NCBI GenBank assembly: GCA_951406725.2
Contig: OX597840.1
Span: 12,338,001 to 12,402,000 of the forward strand
DNA: 64,000 nt
DNA from: Octopus vulgaris
Lineage: Eukaryota
Direction: 5' to 3'
Every line of letters begins with the position of its first letter. Position 1 is the first letter of the stretch. A program made the position numbers and the translations under genes. A model generated the notes under the pieces. That model was not told where the DNA came from. It made no database searches and saw nothing but the letters and a program-made list of their open reading frames with translations. Below are positions 11,804 to 27,055 of this stretch, piece after piece.

Positions 11804-12105
11804 GGAAAGGCAAAAAGTACAGGCATGGGCGATCTTTTTTCTTTTCCTTCTACTTTATTTATTGATTATACCCATATTGAATATACAGTTTTTATATATT
11901 CTTTGCTTGGATTGAACTGGCGGATAGGATGTTCAACATCTCTTTGAAGGATTTTGGTCCTTACTCCTTTTATATATATATATATCACTGTGATCACCGT
12001 GACCGACCAGGCTATCAGATGTTGCTACACATCGCTGGTCACAATGTGCTTCACATTGTTTTAGCCTTCAAATGACGCCACCCTGGTGGCTAGGCGAGCA
12101 GGACA

Positions 12106-12158
12106 ATATATATATATATATACATATATATTACATATATATATATATATACATATAT

Positions 12159-12194
<36 letters not shown>

Positions 12195-12218
12195 TATATA
12201 TACATACATATATATACG

Positions 12219-12249
<31 letters not shown>

Positions 12250-12350
12250 AACTATATCTACACACGTTTATGCATAAACGTATATGTATATATATGTATA
12301 TGAATGTATACTTATATCTAAAAATCTCTCTCTCTTTTCTCTCTCTTCTA

Positions 12351-12399
<49 letters not shown>

Positions 12400-12583
12400 A
12401 TATATATATCTATATATATGTATATAAAATTAGAAAGAACCACCTTTTATTAATTCAAAATGAACAATTAAATTACACCATCTAGAAAATTACATATAAT
12501 ATATCATTTTATGTGAAATTTGATTTAGTATTTCTAAATTGAATTTTTTCCCTGTAAGTTAGGATTAATATTCCCTCAAATAA

Positions 12584-12622
<39 letters not shown>

Positions 12623-12633
12623 GTGTGTATATA

Positions 12634-12710
<77 letters not shown>

Positions 12711-12717
12711 GGATATT

Positions 12718-12759
<42 letters not shown>

Positions 12760-12781
12760 TACATATATATATGCATATGTA

Positions 12782-12812
<31 letters not shown>

Positions 12813-12935
12813 GTATATATGTATATATATATATGAATATATAGACAGATATATATATATGTATAAATAAGTATATATCTGTATATACACACACACATAA
12901 ATATATATATATAGATGTATATGTATATATATGTG

Positions 12936-12975
<40 letters not shown>

Positions 12976-13332
12976 TATATCTATTATACATTTACATGCA
13001 CTTACCCATACATACAAATGTATATATTAAAACCAATGAGGCAATATTGGAATAACTAGAAAATTCTATGATGTAAAGGAAAGAAGGCCTGATTTCCCCT
13101 CAAAGATATGAGAAAACATGCATAAATACATACGCAAAATAAATATAAAAAAATACACACCACTACACACCTCTTGCTCCTCATTCACATTCGTCTATTT
13201 TCTTCATTAGTATTCTGTCTTTCTTCCACCACCTTTTATACTGCCTTCCCACTAACTACTACCTAACCTCCAAGCCACACCGGCTTATGCAATATATATG
13301 TACTCGTATACATACATACATGCATACATACG

Positions 13333-13375
<43 letters not shown>

Positions 13376-13395
13376 TATGTATATATGTATATATG

Positions 13396-13426
<31 letters not shown>

Positions 13427-13860
13427 ATATATATGCAAAAACTCCCATATTTGCATATGCATATATACATACAAACACATGGACAGACTCATACACACAC
13501 ACATATATATACATATATACATATATATATATATATACACACATATATATATATATATATGTATAGATGTAGTATATAGGTATATAAGTATATATGTATA
13601 TATATGTAATATATAGGTATATATACGTACTCTATGTATGTGTGTGTGTATATGTCTATGTATATGTATGTATATATACATATATATATATTTATTTGTA
13701 TATGTATATCTACTCACATATATTCACAATATGTGTGTTTATGTTTCTGTGTATATATATATATATACATATACATATATACACATACATACATACATAA
13801 TTACATACGTCTATATATACATACATACGTGTATGTATGTATGTACGTGTGTGTATTCAT
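12106..13860. repeat. Extended (TA)n/(TATG)n/(CA)n microsatellite field
   Basis: Direct inspection; short unique interruptions. Confidence 0.9.
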
Positions 13861-14042
13861 AAAGCAATGACTTCCCTCCTAATATCTCTTTGATCATGAG
13901 TTATGGAACACAGAATGTAAAGCTTTGATAAATACCAGACAAAATGTCTACAAAGTCGGTGTGGAAACACTTTCTCCATGACACAGACATAACCAACACC
14001 ACAAAACCACCGGTTATAAATAAAATATATATCAGATTTTTC

Positions 14043-14169
14043 CTTATTATTATTATTATTATTATTGTTGTTGTTGTTGTTGTTGTTGTTAATGTTAATA
14101 TTGTTATTATTACTGTTATTGATATTGTTCTTATTGCTATTGTTGTTATTATTATTATTATTATTGTGG

Positions 14170-14222
<53 letters not shown>

Positions 14223-14265
14223 GCCACCGCTACGGCCACCTCCACCACCACCACCACCACCACTT

Positions 14266-14304
<39 letters not shown>

Positions 14305-14333
14305 GTTCTTGTTCTCGTTATTGTTTTTTAGCA

Positions 14334-14380
<47 letters not shown>

Positions 14381-14465
14381 GAGTTAAAGAGTGACGCATG
14401 CCATCAAAGTGACACTGGGCTACAATTATACAAAACCCAATTTGCTCATCATGACTACCCATCTG

Positions 14466-14509
<44 letters not shown>

Positions 14510-14523
14510 TATTGTTTTTATTG

Positions 14524-14581
<58 letters not shown>

Positions 14582-14597
14582 AGAGTGACGCATGCCA

Positions 14598-14643
<46 letters not shown>

Positions 14644-14654
14644 TATTGTTTTTA

Positions 14655-14709
<55 letters not shown>

Positions 14710-14744
14710 CATTATTATCATTATTATCATTATTATTATTATTA

Positions 14745-14793
<49 letters not shown>

Positions 14794-14819
14794 CATTATT
14801 ATCATTATTATTATTATTA

Positions 14820-14856
<37 letters not shown>

Positions 14857-14999
14857 CATTATTATCATTATTATTATTATTATCATTATTTTCATTAGTA
14901 TTATTATTATTATCATTATTATTATTATTATTATCATTATTATCATTATTATTATTATCATTATTATTATCATTATTATCATTATTATTATCGTTATTA

Positions 15000-15058
<59 letters not shown>

Positions 15059-15066
15059 TTTATTAC

Positions 15067-15097
<31 letters not shown>

Positions 15098-15202
15098 TGC
15101 AGTATTGTCATTTTTGTTTGTCATCATCATCATTGTCATTTGTATTACTTGTGTTGTTGTATCATCATCGTCATCATCAACGTCATCATCATCATCATCG
15201 TC
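14043..15202. repeat. Long (TAT)n/(TAC)n/(CAT)n trinucleotide array
   Basis: Direct inspection. Confidence 0.95.
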
Positions 15203-15589
15203 TACTGCCGCTGTTGTTGCAATCCAATTCTCTTCATCTTTGCTGCTTGCCTTCATTGCACAACCAAATGCTGCCCTCTGTGCCTCGGCTACACCAAGTG
15301 ATAGATTTTAGTCTTTCCTTTAGCATTTATTTTTATGCTATTTCCTATTATTATACAAGAATTACTCTATATAACATATGTGTCTGCAGTACCTGATAGT
15401 GATATTTGCTGTCGGTTATGTTCATAATTTCTGAGTCTTTCCCAGATACTTTACATAATATTTACATAATATATCTATGGTACCTAGATGCTTATATAAT
15501 TTCTGTTGTACATTATGCTTATCTGCAGTACATAAAATGCATTTACAGTACCTAGTTGTATGATTTTCAACTTGTGCTTAAGACATTAC

Positions 15590-16190
<601 letters not shown>

Positions 16191-16926
16191 TGGGGTATGT
16201 TGCATAATTCCTACTTCTGTTATCTTCCGACTGTTCTCTATGTTATGTTATGGGTACTTTATACAATAGGCATCTATAATACCTTGTGGTGTTATTTTCT
16301 ACCTGTTGTATAAATAATATAATTTGTGGTGTTTACTAGGGTACTTTTACATAATGTATGTCTATAATAACTATCATCATCATCATCATCACCACTATAA
16401 TACCTATCATCATCATCATCATCAAAATAATAATCACCATCATCATCATAGACATTGTCATGATCGTCATCATCATCATCCTCATCCTGATCATCGTCAT
16501 CATCATCACCACCATAATCATCACTGTCATCCCTGTTATCTTCATCATCAGCAGCAGCAGCACCCCCTCCTCCTTCTACTCCTTCTCCTCTTTCTCTTCC
16601 TCCTCCTCCTTCTCATCATCATCATAACTCCCACCACCACAACCCTGAAATCAGTCTGATATGGTAATGATGGAATTTTTTAGAAATTTCTTTCGACCTT
16701 TTTATGAGTAGCATGCGTATTGTGAAAAATTATATGGTTATGGACAATATGTCCAATTTTGGCATATTTGGCATTAGAAATTTTTTCGTTTGCCCTTATT
16801 TATAAGTTGTTGATAAATTTAACCTTTAAAGGTATTTTTTAATATGCTGGCCATTGATAAGATTTTTTTTTTGGGAAAAATTTTATCCTACATTAAATAT
16901 GTATATATATATATATATGTGTATAA

Positions 16927-17016
<90 letters not shown>

Positions 17017-17104
17017 ATATATATACATACATATATATATTAGACAGAATTAGATAACAAAGCCAAAGCTGTGAGGAATTTTCAGGACATTTATAATGAA
17101 TTAG

Positions 17105-17150
17105 TCTTACAGCTGTTTCTGGGATATTATGGATATTCCTTCATCAGAGA
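17105..17150 (-). ncRNA. Minimal type I hammerhead ribozyme
   Basis: Minus strand TCT-CTGATGA-AGGAATATCCATAATATCCCA-GAAA-C-AGCT-GTA-AGA; palindromic stem III ACAGCTGT. Confidence 0.7.
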
Positions 17151-18139
17151 TGGTGTGAGAAAATATTTGAGTTGGAATTATTATGGAAAAGGAAGAGATA
17201 GGGAATATAGAAGGAAATAAGAGAATGAAAGTAGAAATAAAATATGTTAAGATATTTTAGTTGCAGTTCCATTATTCGAGGAAAATCGTGTATAGAAGTA
17301 GTAAAAAAGTTTCCTGTACATGGTATATAAGTTCCAATAGCAGTTCATGTATAGTTATTTCAAAGTATGGAGCTGTGGAATCAGTGTTGCTAATTCGAAA
17401 GGGTTTTGTGGTGTGAGTGAAAACTTGAGAATGTATTGGTAGTATTTGTGGATAGAGAGGGGAGGAGAGATGTGTATGAATAGAAAGAGGAGATAGGTCA
17501 AATTTAAAACAGGAGGAGAAAATGATAGGAAGAGCAAAAAAAGAAAAAAAGAGAAAAGGGAGAGAGAAAAAGACAAAAAGTGAAAAGACTGAAAAAAAGA
17601 AAGGGTGAAAGAAGTGAGAAAAGGAGTGTTAGTTGTTGGTCAAGATAATGTGAAGGGAGGATGGGAGAGGAGTGGGGGAGGGATAGGAATCAACAATAAA
17701 ATAAGGAGTAAAAGAATGTGAGATATGTGAGTAGGGGTAATATGACAGAGCTGCATTTCAGGATGGATAGAGGAAAGGTAGAGAAAAGGTATGAGTGGGA
17801 TGATATTAAAGCGAATAGTAGTTTTGGTAGTAATATTTGAAGTGGGGGGAGGAATACAAAGATGTCAAATTACTATAAATAGACATATGTGATAGGTTAA
17901 TGATAGGTAGGAATCAAAGAGAAGGAAAGAAGGTATAATGACATATGTACGCATGCAAACACATACATATATATGTGCGAATATGTATACATACATATAC
18001 ACGTGTACACACATATATACAGACATATTCATACAGACATACATATATACACATGTATGTATATGGATGCACGTGAGCTTGCATGTGGGGGTATATAAAA
18101 GACAGTGAAACTTGAGTATAGGAAAAGGGTGTCCATGTG

Positions 18140-19376
18140 TGAAGGAAGAGGTGAAGGAGGAGGAGAAAGTGGAGAATGAAAAGGTGGAGGGGAAGGAAAA
18201 GAGATGAAGGAGGTCAGCGAGAGAGGAGCAAGGGAGAGTAGGAGTAGATTGAGGAAGAAGAGGAGGAGGAAGAAGTAGAAGAAGAAGAAGAAGGAGGAGG
18301 AGGAGGAGGAGAAGAAGAAGAAGAAGAAGAAGAAGAAGGAAAAGAAGATGGGGAAGAAGAAATGAGGAGGAGTAGGAAGAAGAAGAAGAAGGAGGAGGAG
18401 GAGGAGGAGGAGAAGAAGAAGAAGAAGAAGAAGAAGAAGAAGGAAAAGAAGAAGGAGAAGGAGAAGAAGAGGAACGAGAGGAAGAGAAGAAGGAAAAGAA
18501 GATGGGGAAGAAGAAATGAGGAGGAGGTGTAGGAAGAAGAAGAAGAAGAAGAAGAACAAGAACAAGAAGAAGAAGAACAAGAACTAGAACAAGAAGAAGA
18601 AAGGAGGAGGAGAAAAGAAGAGGCAAAAAAACAGAAGAAAGAGGAGGAAGAGAGCATGAAGAAGGAGATGAAAAAGAATGAAGAGAAGTGAGAGGAAAGA
18701 GAAGGGAAGAGAGGGTGAGAGAGGGATCAGCAAGAAGAATAAAAGAAGAGGAAGAAGAAAAAAAGGTGACAAAGAAGAAGTGGGAAGAAGAACAAGGAGC
18801 AAAATGGAAAAGAAAAGAATGCAAAGCAACAGAAGGATCTGTAGAGGGGGGGGGGGAAATGGTGAAGTGAGGGTGGTGGTGGAGAGGAAAATGAAAGAAA
18901 AGACTGAGCAGATTAAAGGAATGAGGGGAGGAAGTAAAGAAAGAATAAGTAAGTAGTAGAAGAAGAAGAAGGAGGAGGAGGAGGAGGAGGAAAGGAAGGA
19001 GAAGAAGGAGAAGGAGGAGGAAAAGAAGAAGAAGAAGAAGATGAGGAAGGAGAGGAAGGAGAAGAAGAAGAAGAAGAAGAAGAAGGAGGAAGAGGAGGAG
19101 AAGGAGAAGAAGAAGAAGAAGGAGAAGGAGAAGAAGGAGAAGAAGGAGGAGGAGGAGGAAGAGAAGAAGAAGAAGAAGAAGGAGGAGAAGAAGAAGAAGA
19201 AGAAGAAGAAGAAGAAGAAGAAGGAGAAGAAGAAGGAGGAGAAGAAGAAGGAGGAGAAGAAGAAGAAGAAGAAGAAGAAGGAGGAGAAGAAGAAGAAGAA
19301 GAAGAAGAAGGAGGAGAAGAAGAAGAAGAAGAAGAAGAAGAAGAAGAAGAAGAAGAAGAAGAAGAAATAGAAGAAG
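18140..19376. repeat. Polypurine (GAA/GGA)n array
   Basis: Direct inspection. Confidence 0.95.
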
Positions 19377-19583
19377 TCTGAAGATATAAAAAGCAAAAAG
19401 CAAAACATAGTTTTGGCGCTCATGAATGGCGCCATTCCCATCTTGTGTCCGAAAATAATCAATGATGGAGAGAGAAAAAGATTTAAGTAAAAAGAGAGGG
19501 GGGAGGGGAGAGGGAGAGAGAAGGGGGAGTTATTACACACACACATGCACACATACATGTATATGAGTGTGTGCATGTGCAAA

Positions 19584-19614
<31 letters not shown>

Positions 19615-19838
19615 GTGCATATCCCTATCCCCTCCATCAAAACCACCACCACCGCTGCCACTATCATCACCACAACCACTACCATCATCACACACTCACA
19701 CACACACATACACACACACGCACACACACATGTATACACACACACGCATACACACATGCATACACACACATATCTGTGTGTGTATGTGCATGTATTTGTG
19801 TTTACACATACATTTAGGTATATTTTCACCATCAAGTG

Positions 19839-19873
<35 letters not shown>

Positions 19874-19959
19874 ATATGTATATATATACATATTTATAAA
19901 CACACACACACACACACACAGAGGCAGAATTAAATCTCTGAGTGAGAAGTAAACAATAG

Positions 19960-20390
19960 CAGTACGGAATCGTAAAATATAATTACCAACTAAATGTGGC
20001 AGTCCCATAGAGGACGGTGCTACTATTGTTTTTAGCCCCAGGTGGACATCTCCAGCTGGCTAATTAGTATTTGCGAGAGAAAATCATCTAGCCTTATGTG
20101 GTACACACAGGCCCGGATATCAGTGCCTGATAATCACGAGCTTGTTATGAAAACACATGATGACGAATTAATGATGGGTTACTCTGCAGAAACCTGGGTC
20201 CATGTGTATCATGTAAGGCTAGAGATGGAAACGATGATTTCCCTTAGCAAATACTGATTGGGCACAGACAGTGTGTCAGTAGCCAGCTGGAGGAGATGTC
20301 CTCCTGGGGCTAAAAACAACAGTAGCATCTTCTTCTATGGGACCACCAAATTTAGTTGGCAATTTTTATTCGATGATAAATGCTGATACC
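19960..20390. mobile_element. Foldback element with degenerate hammerhead
   Basis: Inverted arms about 19981-20135 and 20190-20364; ACACATG-ATGACGA...GAAAC-CTGG-GTC-CATGTGT at 20153-20207. Confidence 0.7.
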
Positions 20391-20414
20391 TTCAAAAACT
20401 ACCAAAAACTTCAG

Positions 20415-21066
<652 letters not shown>

Positions 21067-21339
21067 AAGAGAGATAGAAGGATAAATAGATAGATGTGAT
21101 TGTGTGTGTGTGTGTGTATTTGTGCCTAAAGCATGACCACCACCTCTATCAACAACACTATTTTCACTTAATTTTGTAAGGTGGGGGTGGGAAGTCGGGT
21201 AGGATGGGCTGGCATTTCTTTATAGTAGGGATACGGTATATCCCTACTTTATGGTAGGGATAGTGGTAGAATTGATGGTGGTGGTGGTGGTGGGGATAGT
21301 AGTGACGTTGTTGTTGTTGGCAGTGGTGAAGGTGGTTTT

Positions 21340-24300
21340 TATGTTGGTGGTGGTGATAGTGGTTGTGGGGTGGTGATGGTGGTGGTAGTGGTGATGGTGG
21401 TGAAGGTGGGAGTGGTGGCTTTGATGGTGGTGGTGGTGACAGTGGTTGTGAGGTGGTAATGGTTTTGATGGTGGTGGTGGTGGTGATAGTGGTGAAGGTG
21501 GGAGTGGTGGTGATAGTGGTGAAGGTGGGAGTGGTGGTTTTGATGGTGGTCGTGGTGATAGTGGTTGTGAGGTGGTAATGGTTTTGATGGTGGTGGTGGT
21601 GGTGATGGTGGTGAAGGTGGGAGTGGTGGTTTTGATGGTGGTCGTGGTGACAGTGGTTGTGAGGTGGTAATGGTTTTGATGGTGGTGGTGGTAGTGATAG
21701 TGGTGAAGGTGGGAGTGGTGGTTTTGATGGTGGTCGTGGTTACAGTTGTTGTGAGGTGGTAATGATTTTGATGGTGGTGGTGGTGGTGATAGTGGTGAAG
21801 GTGGGAGTGGTGGTTTTGATGGTGGTCGTGGTGACCGTGGTTGTGAGGTGGTAATGGTTTTGATGGTGGTGGTGGTGGTGATAGTGGTGAAGGTGGGAGT
21901 GGTGGTTTTGATGGTGGTCGTGGTGACAGTGGTTGTGAGGTGGTAATGGTTTTCATGGTGGTGGTGGTGGTGATAGTGGTGAAGGTGGGAGTGGTGGTTT
22001 TGATGGTGATCGTGGTCATAGTGGTTGTGAGGTGGTAATGGTTTTCATGGTGGTGGTGGTGGTGATAGTGGTGAAGGTGGGAGTGGTGGTTTTGATGGTG
22101 GTCGTGGTGACAGTGGTTGAGGTGGTAATGGTTTTCATGGTGGTGGTGGTGGTGATAGTGGTGAAGGTGGGAGTGGTGGTTTTGATGGTGGTCGTGGTCA
22201 TAGTGGTTGTGAGGTGGTAATGGTTTTGATGGTGGTGGTGGTGGTGATAGTGGTGAAGGTGGGAGTGGTGGTTTTGATGGTGGTCGTGGTGACAGTGGTT
22301 GTGAGGTGGTAATGGTTTTGATGGTGGTGGTGGTGGTGATAGTGGTGAAGGTGGGAGTGGTGGTTTTGATGGTGGTCGTGGTCATAGTGGTTGTGAGGTG
22401 GTAATGGTTTTGATGGTGGTGGTGGTGGTGATAGTGGTGAAGGTGGGAGTGGTGGTTTTGATGGTGGTCGTGGTGACAGTGGTTGTGAGGTGGTAATGAT
22501 TTTGATGGTGGTGGTGGTGGTGATAGTGGTGAAGGTGGGAGTGGTGGTTTTGATGGTGGTCGTGGTGATAGTGGTTGTGAGGTGGTAATGGTTTTGATGG
22601 TGGTGGTGGTGGTGATAGTGGTGGTTTTGATGGTGGTCGTGGTGACAGTGGTTGTGAGGTGGTAATGATTTTGATGGTGGTGGTGGTGGTGATAGTGGTG
22701 AAGGTGGTGGTGGTGGTTTTGATGGTGGTCGTGGTGACAGTGGTTGTGAGGTGGTAATGATTTTGATGGTGGTGGTGGTGGTGATAGTGGTGAAGGTGGA
22801 AGTGGTGGTTTTGATGGTGGTCGTGGTGACCGTGGTTGTGAGGTGGTAATGGTTTTGATGGTGGTGGTGGTGGTGATAGTGGTGAAGGTGGGAGTGGTGG
22901 TTTTGATGGTGGTCGTGGTGATAGTGGTTGTGAGGTGGTAATGGTTTTGATGGTGGTGGTGGTGGTGATAGTGGTGAAGGTGGGAGTGGTGGTTTTGATG
23001 GTGGTCGTGGTGACAGTGGTTGTGAGGTGGTAATGATTTTGATGGTGGTGGTGGTGGTGATAGTGGTGAAGGTGGGAGTGGTGGTTTTGATGGTGGTCGT
23101 GGTGACAGTGGTTGTGAGGTGGTAATGATTTTGATGGTGGTGGTGGTGGTGATAGTGGTGAAGGTGGGAGTGGTGGTTTTGATGGTGGTCGTGGTGACCG
23201 GTAATGGTTGTGGTGGTAATGGTTTTGATGGTGGTGGTGGTGGTGATAGTGGTGAAGGTGGGAGTGGTGGTTTTGATGGTGGTCGTGGTGATAGTGGTTG
23301 TGAGGTGGTAATGGTTTTGATGGTGGTGGTGGTGGTGATAGTGGTGAAGGTGGGAGTGGTGGTTTTGATGGTGGTCGTGGTCATAGTGGTTGTGAGGTGG
23401 TAATGGTTTTGATGGTGGTGGTGGTGGTGATAGTGGTGAAGGTGGGAGTGGTGGTTTTGATGGTGGTCGTGGTGATAGTGGTTGTGAGGTGGTAATGGTT
23501 TTGATGGTGGTGGTGGTGGTGATAGTGGTGAAGGTGGGAGTGGTGGTTTTGATGGTGGTCGTGGTGACAGTGGTTGTGAGGTGGTAATGGTTTTCATGGT
23601 GGTGGTGGTGGTGATAGTGGTGAAGGTGGGAGTGGTGGTTTTGATGGTGGTCGTGGTGATAGTGGTTGTGAGGTGGTAATGGTTTTGATGCTGTTGGCGG
23701 TGGTGATAGTGGTGAAGGTGGGAGTGGTGGTTTTGATGGTGGTCGTGGTGATAGTGGTTGTGAGGTGGTAATGGTTTTGATGGTGGTGGTGGTGGTGATA
23801 GTGGTGAAGGTGGGAGTGGTGGTTTTGATGGTGGTCGTGGTGATAGTGGTTGTGAGGTGGTAATGGTTTTGATGGTGGTGGTGGTGGTGATAGTGGTGAA
23901 GGTGGGAGTGGTGGTTTTGATGGTGGTCGTGGTCATAGTGGTTGTGAGGTGGTAATGGTTTTGATGGTGGTGGTGGTGGTGATAGTGGTGAAGGTGGGAG
24001 TGGTGGCTTTGATGGTGGTCGTGGTCATAGTGGTTGTGAGGTGGTAATGGTTTTGATGGTGGTGGTGGTGGTGATAGTGGTGAAGGTGGGAGTGGTGGTT
24101 TTGATGGTTGTCTTGGTGATAGTGGTTGTGAGGTGGTAATGGTTTTGATGGTGGTGGTGGTGGTGATAGTGGTGAAGGTGGGAGTGGTGGTTTTGATGGT
24201 GGTCGTGGTCATAGTGGTTGTGAGGTGGTAATGGTTTTCATGGTGGTGGTGGTGGTGATAGTGGTGAAGGTGGGAGTGGTGGTTTTGATGGTGGTCGTGG

Positions 24301-24445
24301 GGATAGTGGTTGTGAGGTGGTAATGGTTTTGATGGTGGTGGTGGTGGTGATAGTGGTGAAGGTGGGAGTGGTGGTTTTGATGGTGGTGGTGGTGATAGTG
24401 GTTGTGAGGTGGTAATGGTTTTGATGGTGGTGGTGGTGGTGATGG
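21340..24445. repeat. 92-bp GT-rich minisatellite, about 33 copies
   Basis: Unit GTGGTTGTGAGGTGGTAATGGTTTTGATGG(TGG)nTGATAGTGGTGAAGGTGGGAGTGGTGGTTTTGATGGTGGTCGTGGTGA(C/T)A; the antisense ORF repeats every 92 aa, i.e. three units. Confidence 0.95.
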
Positions 24446-24762
24446 CGGTGTCAGTGTTGTGCAGTTGGTGGTGGTGACAGTGCTGCTGATACTGGCGATG
24501 GTGGTGGTGGTGGCGCTGGTGTCATTGTTGTCAGTGATGATGTTAGTGATGATGATGATGATGGTGGTGTTCGTAATGCAGATCTTATTAGCGCTAGTGG
24601 GTATCGATATTATTGGAGGCTGTATTATTGATGACTCTGACGACAACGACGATGACAACATTATTGATATTCCTCTTCTTTTCAGCAAAATCAACGCTAG
24701 ATGCTACATGTATGTATAGCTTTGTGAATCTATACATGTACATATGTATATAAATATATACC

Positions 24763-25160
24763 TAGGCATAGGAGTGGCTGTGTGGTAAGTAGCTTGCTTA
24801 TGAACCACATGGTTCTGTGTTCAGTCCCACTGTGAAGCACCTTGGGCAAGTGTCTTCTACAATAGCCTCGGGCTGACCAAAGCCTTGTGAGTGGATTTGG
24901 TAGATGGAAACTGAAAGAAACCCGTCGTGTATATGTATAAATATGTATGTGTGTGTATATGTTTGTGTGTCTGTATTTGTCCCCCCAACATTGCTTGACA
25001 ACCGATGCTGGTGTGTTTACTTCCCTGTAGCTTAGCGGTTCGGCAAAAGAGACTGATAGAATAAGTACTAGGCTTACAAAGAATAAGTCCTGGGGTCAAT
25101 TTGCTTGACTAAAGGTGGTGCCCCAGCATGGCCACAGTCAAATGAGTGAAACAAGTAAAT
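24763..25160 (+). mobile_element. SINE family A
   Basis: Complete head and tail. Confidence 0.85.
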
Positions 25161-25899
25161 GAGTATAGTAGTGTGTATGTGTGTTTATGCATATGTGTGT
25201 ATGAGAGTGTATATGCATGTCTATTAGTGTATGTGTGCATGTCAGTGTGTGTGTGTATTTGTGAGTGTATATGTCAGTGTGTATGGTGTGCGCATGTGTA
25301 TGTGTGTCAGTGTGCGCACAGATATTTGTGTGTGTGCGTGATGTGCGTGTGTTTGTATGTGAGTATGTGTGTTTGTATGTATGTGTGTTGGTGTGTGTAT
25401 TTATGTGTATATGCATGTGTGTGCACGTGTTTATGTGATAGTGTATTTGTGTGTAATTGTGTATGTGTGTGTGTCTGTATGAGTGTGTTGGTGTGTGTTT
25501 GTATGTGAGTGCATGTATGTATACATGTGTGTGTGTGTCTGGGTGCATGCGCAGTGGTAAATAGTCACTCATGAATCTCAAAAGGGTCATCTGTGTTTCT
25601 CTTATTGATTCATTTGTTCACTGAATGTGCTCAACAACTGATTAGAAATTAGTTGGGGCAATGCCCAATGTCTATGTGAAATAAATAAAGGAACAACCCT
25701 TTAATATAAACTCTATAACACCCCTCCTCTCTGTCTATCTAACTGTCTTTTTGTATATGCATATGTGTATGTATGCATGTATTGGGTTGTCTGAAAAGTT
25801 TGTGCCGATTTATAGTAGCTTAACTTTCGACTTATTTTAGAACATGGTTGAATCCATAAAATAGGATTTGACTACACCTCCATTTAGGGCACAGTTTAA

Positions 25900-26121
25900 C
25901 CCTTTAGCATTTAAACCGGCCATATCTGGCCAAAAGTATTCTGCCTGTTTTATGTTCAAACTGGCCAGATCTGGTCTCTCACACCAACCCTACAATATCA
26001 TCTTAAAAATTAACAGCTACCTCATCAAAATCTCATAGCTACAAGATTAATGAATGATTAGTTCAAAACAATGTGGATAAAAAAGGATTAATTTTGGCAG
26101 AATAATGCAAACACTAAAGGG
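25900..26121. mobile_element. piggyBac-type MITE nested in a mariner-like fragment
   Basis: TTAA|CCCTTTAG...CTAAAGGG|TTAA: TIRs plus TTAA target duplication. Confidence 0.8.
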
Positions 26122-26389
26122 TTAAGCTATCTTTTCGTGGAAGAAGGCTAATGTTCCTATAACATGTGTATCTTTAAATTTGTATCTTTAAATTTAGATT
26201 TAAAATAATAAGGGTGTAAAATTGAATATTAATTTGATTAATATCAATTTAATAGCAATTTAAATTTAAATAACTATGTTCTCCAACTGGCAAAATTCAC
26301 TGCAGAGAATTATTTTCTACAGAATTATTTCCAGTATTTTGGTGAGCCAAAACAAAGACTTTTGAAATATAACCCCAAATGTAATTGGT

Positions 26390-26660
26390 AGAACTGTATA
26401 CATATTCAATCTCATGTGGACATCTCATGTATAGTTCTACAAACTATATTTTGCTATGATGATCACACTGACGAGTTGCAGGCATTCAACGTAATTGGTT
26501 TGTGATTAATCTGTATATTTTGTATCTTTTCATTTGTCTTGCTCACTTATGTTCTGGCGTTTGCTAAATTTTCTTGAGAACAATCCTTTCTCAGTGGTAA
26601 GACAATAGGGGGTCGATTTCTAGCATATGAATGTCCACTTAGTGGTCATCCCTCTTATAT
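26390..26660 (+). mobile_element. Penelope-like remnant, same family as 1601-2084, hammerhead inactivated
   Basis: GATCACA-CTGACGA-GTTG-CAGGCATT-CAAC-GTAA-TTG-GTT-TGTGATT at 26461-26507 (GAAA changed to GTAA). Confidence 0.75.
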
Positions 26661-26952
26661 GTATGTATATATATATATAACCTGTTGCCTGCCTCTTTTA
26701 TTTATATACAAAAATATATATTGAACTTTTATAGAAGTTCCTACCGTTAATGGTTATATTTACATGCCGAAATCTACCAGTAAATAATTGTTGGTTTTTT
26801 AAAAACCATTAAAGATATTATTTACTCTTATTATATTACTATATATATATATATATGTATGGGTGTTAATCTTTGTGGCTTCAGAGTGTTTTGACTCCTA
26901 CTTTTAGCAAAGCTGGTGCTTAAAAAATGCGCCCTTAATTCTTCTATACACG

Positions 26953-26986
<34 letters not shown>

Positions 26987-26992
26987 CACACA

Positions 26993-27055
<63 letters not shown>

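Noticed and set aside
12424-12590. Another TA-flanked element checked for a hammerhead
   Set aside because: No CUGANGA/GAAAC core found on either strand; probably a truncated tail.
14426-15311. Poly-N/I/L/Y ORFs
   Set aside because: Translations of a (TAT)n microsatellite.
17865-19582. Poly-L/F/K/E ORFs
   Set aside because: Translations of a (GAA)n array.
21339-24212. 957-aa Thr/Pro/His-rich ORF as a mucin or His-rich structural protein
   Set aside because: It is the stop-poor strand of a 92-bp minisatellite; the three compositions are the three rotating frames, with no signal peptide or unique domain.
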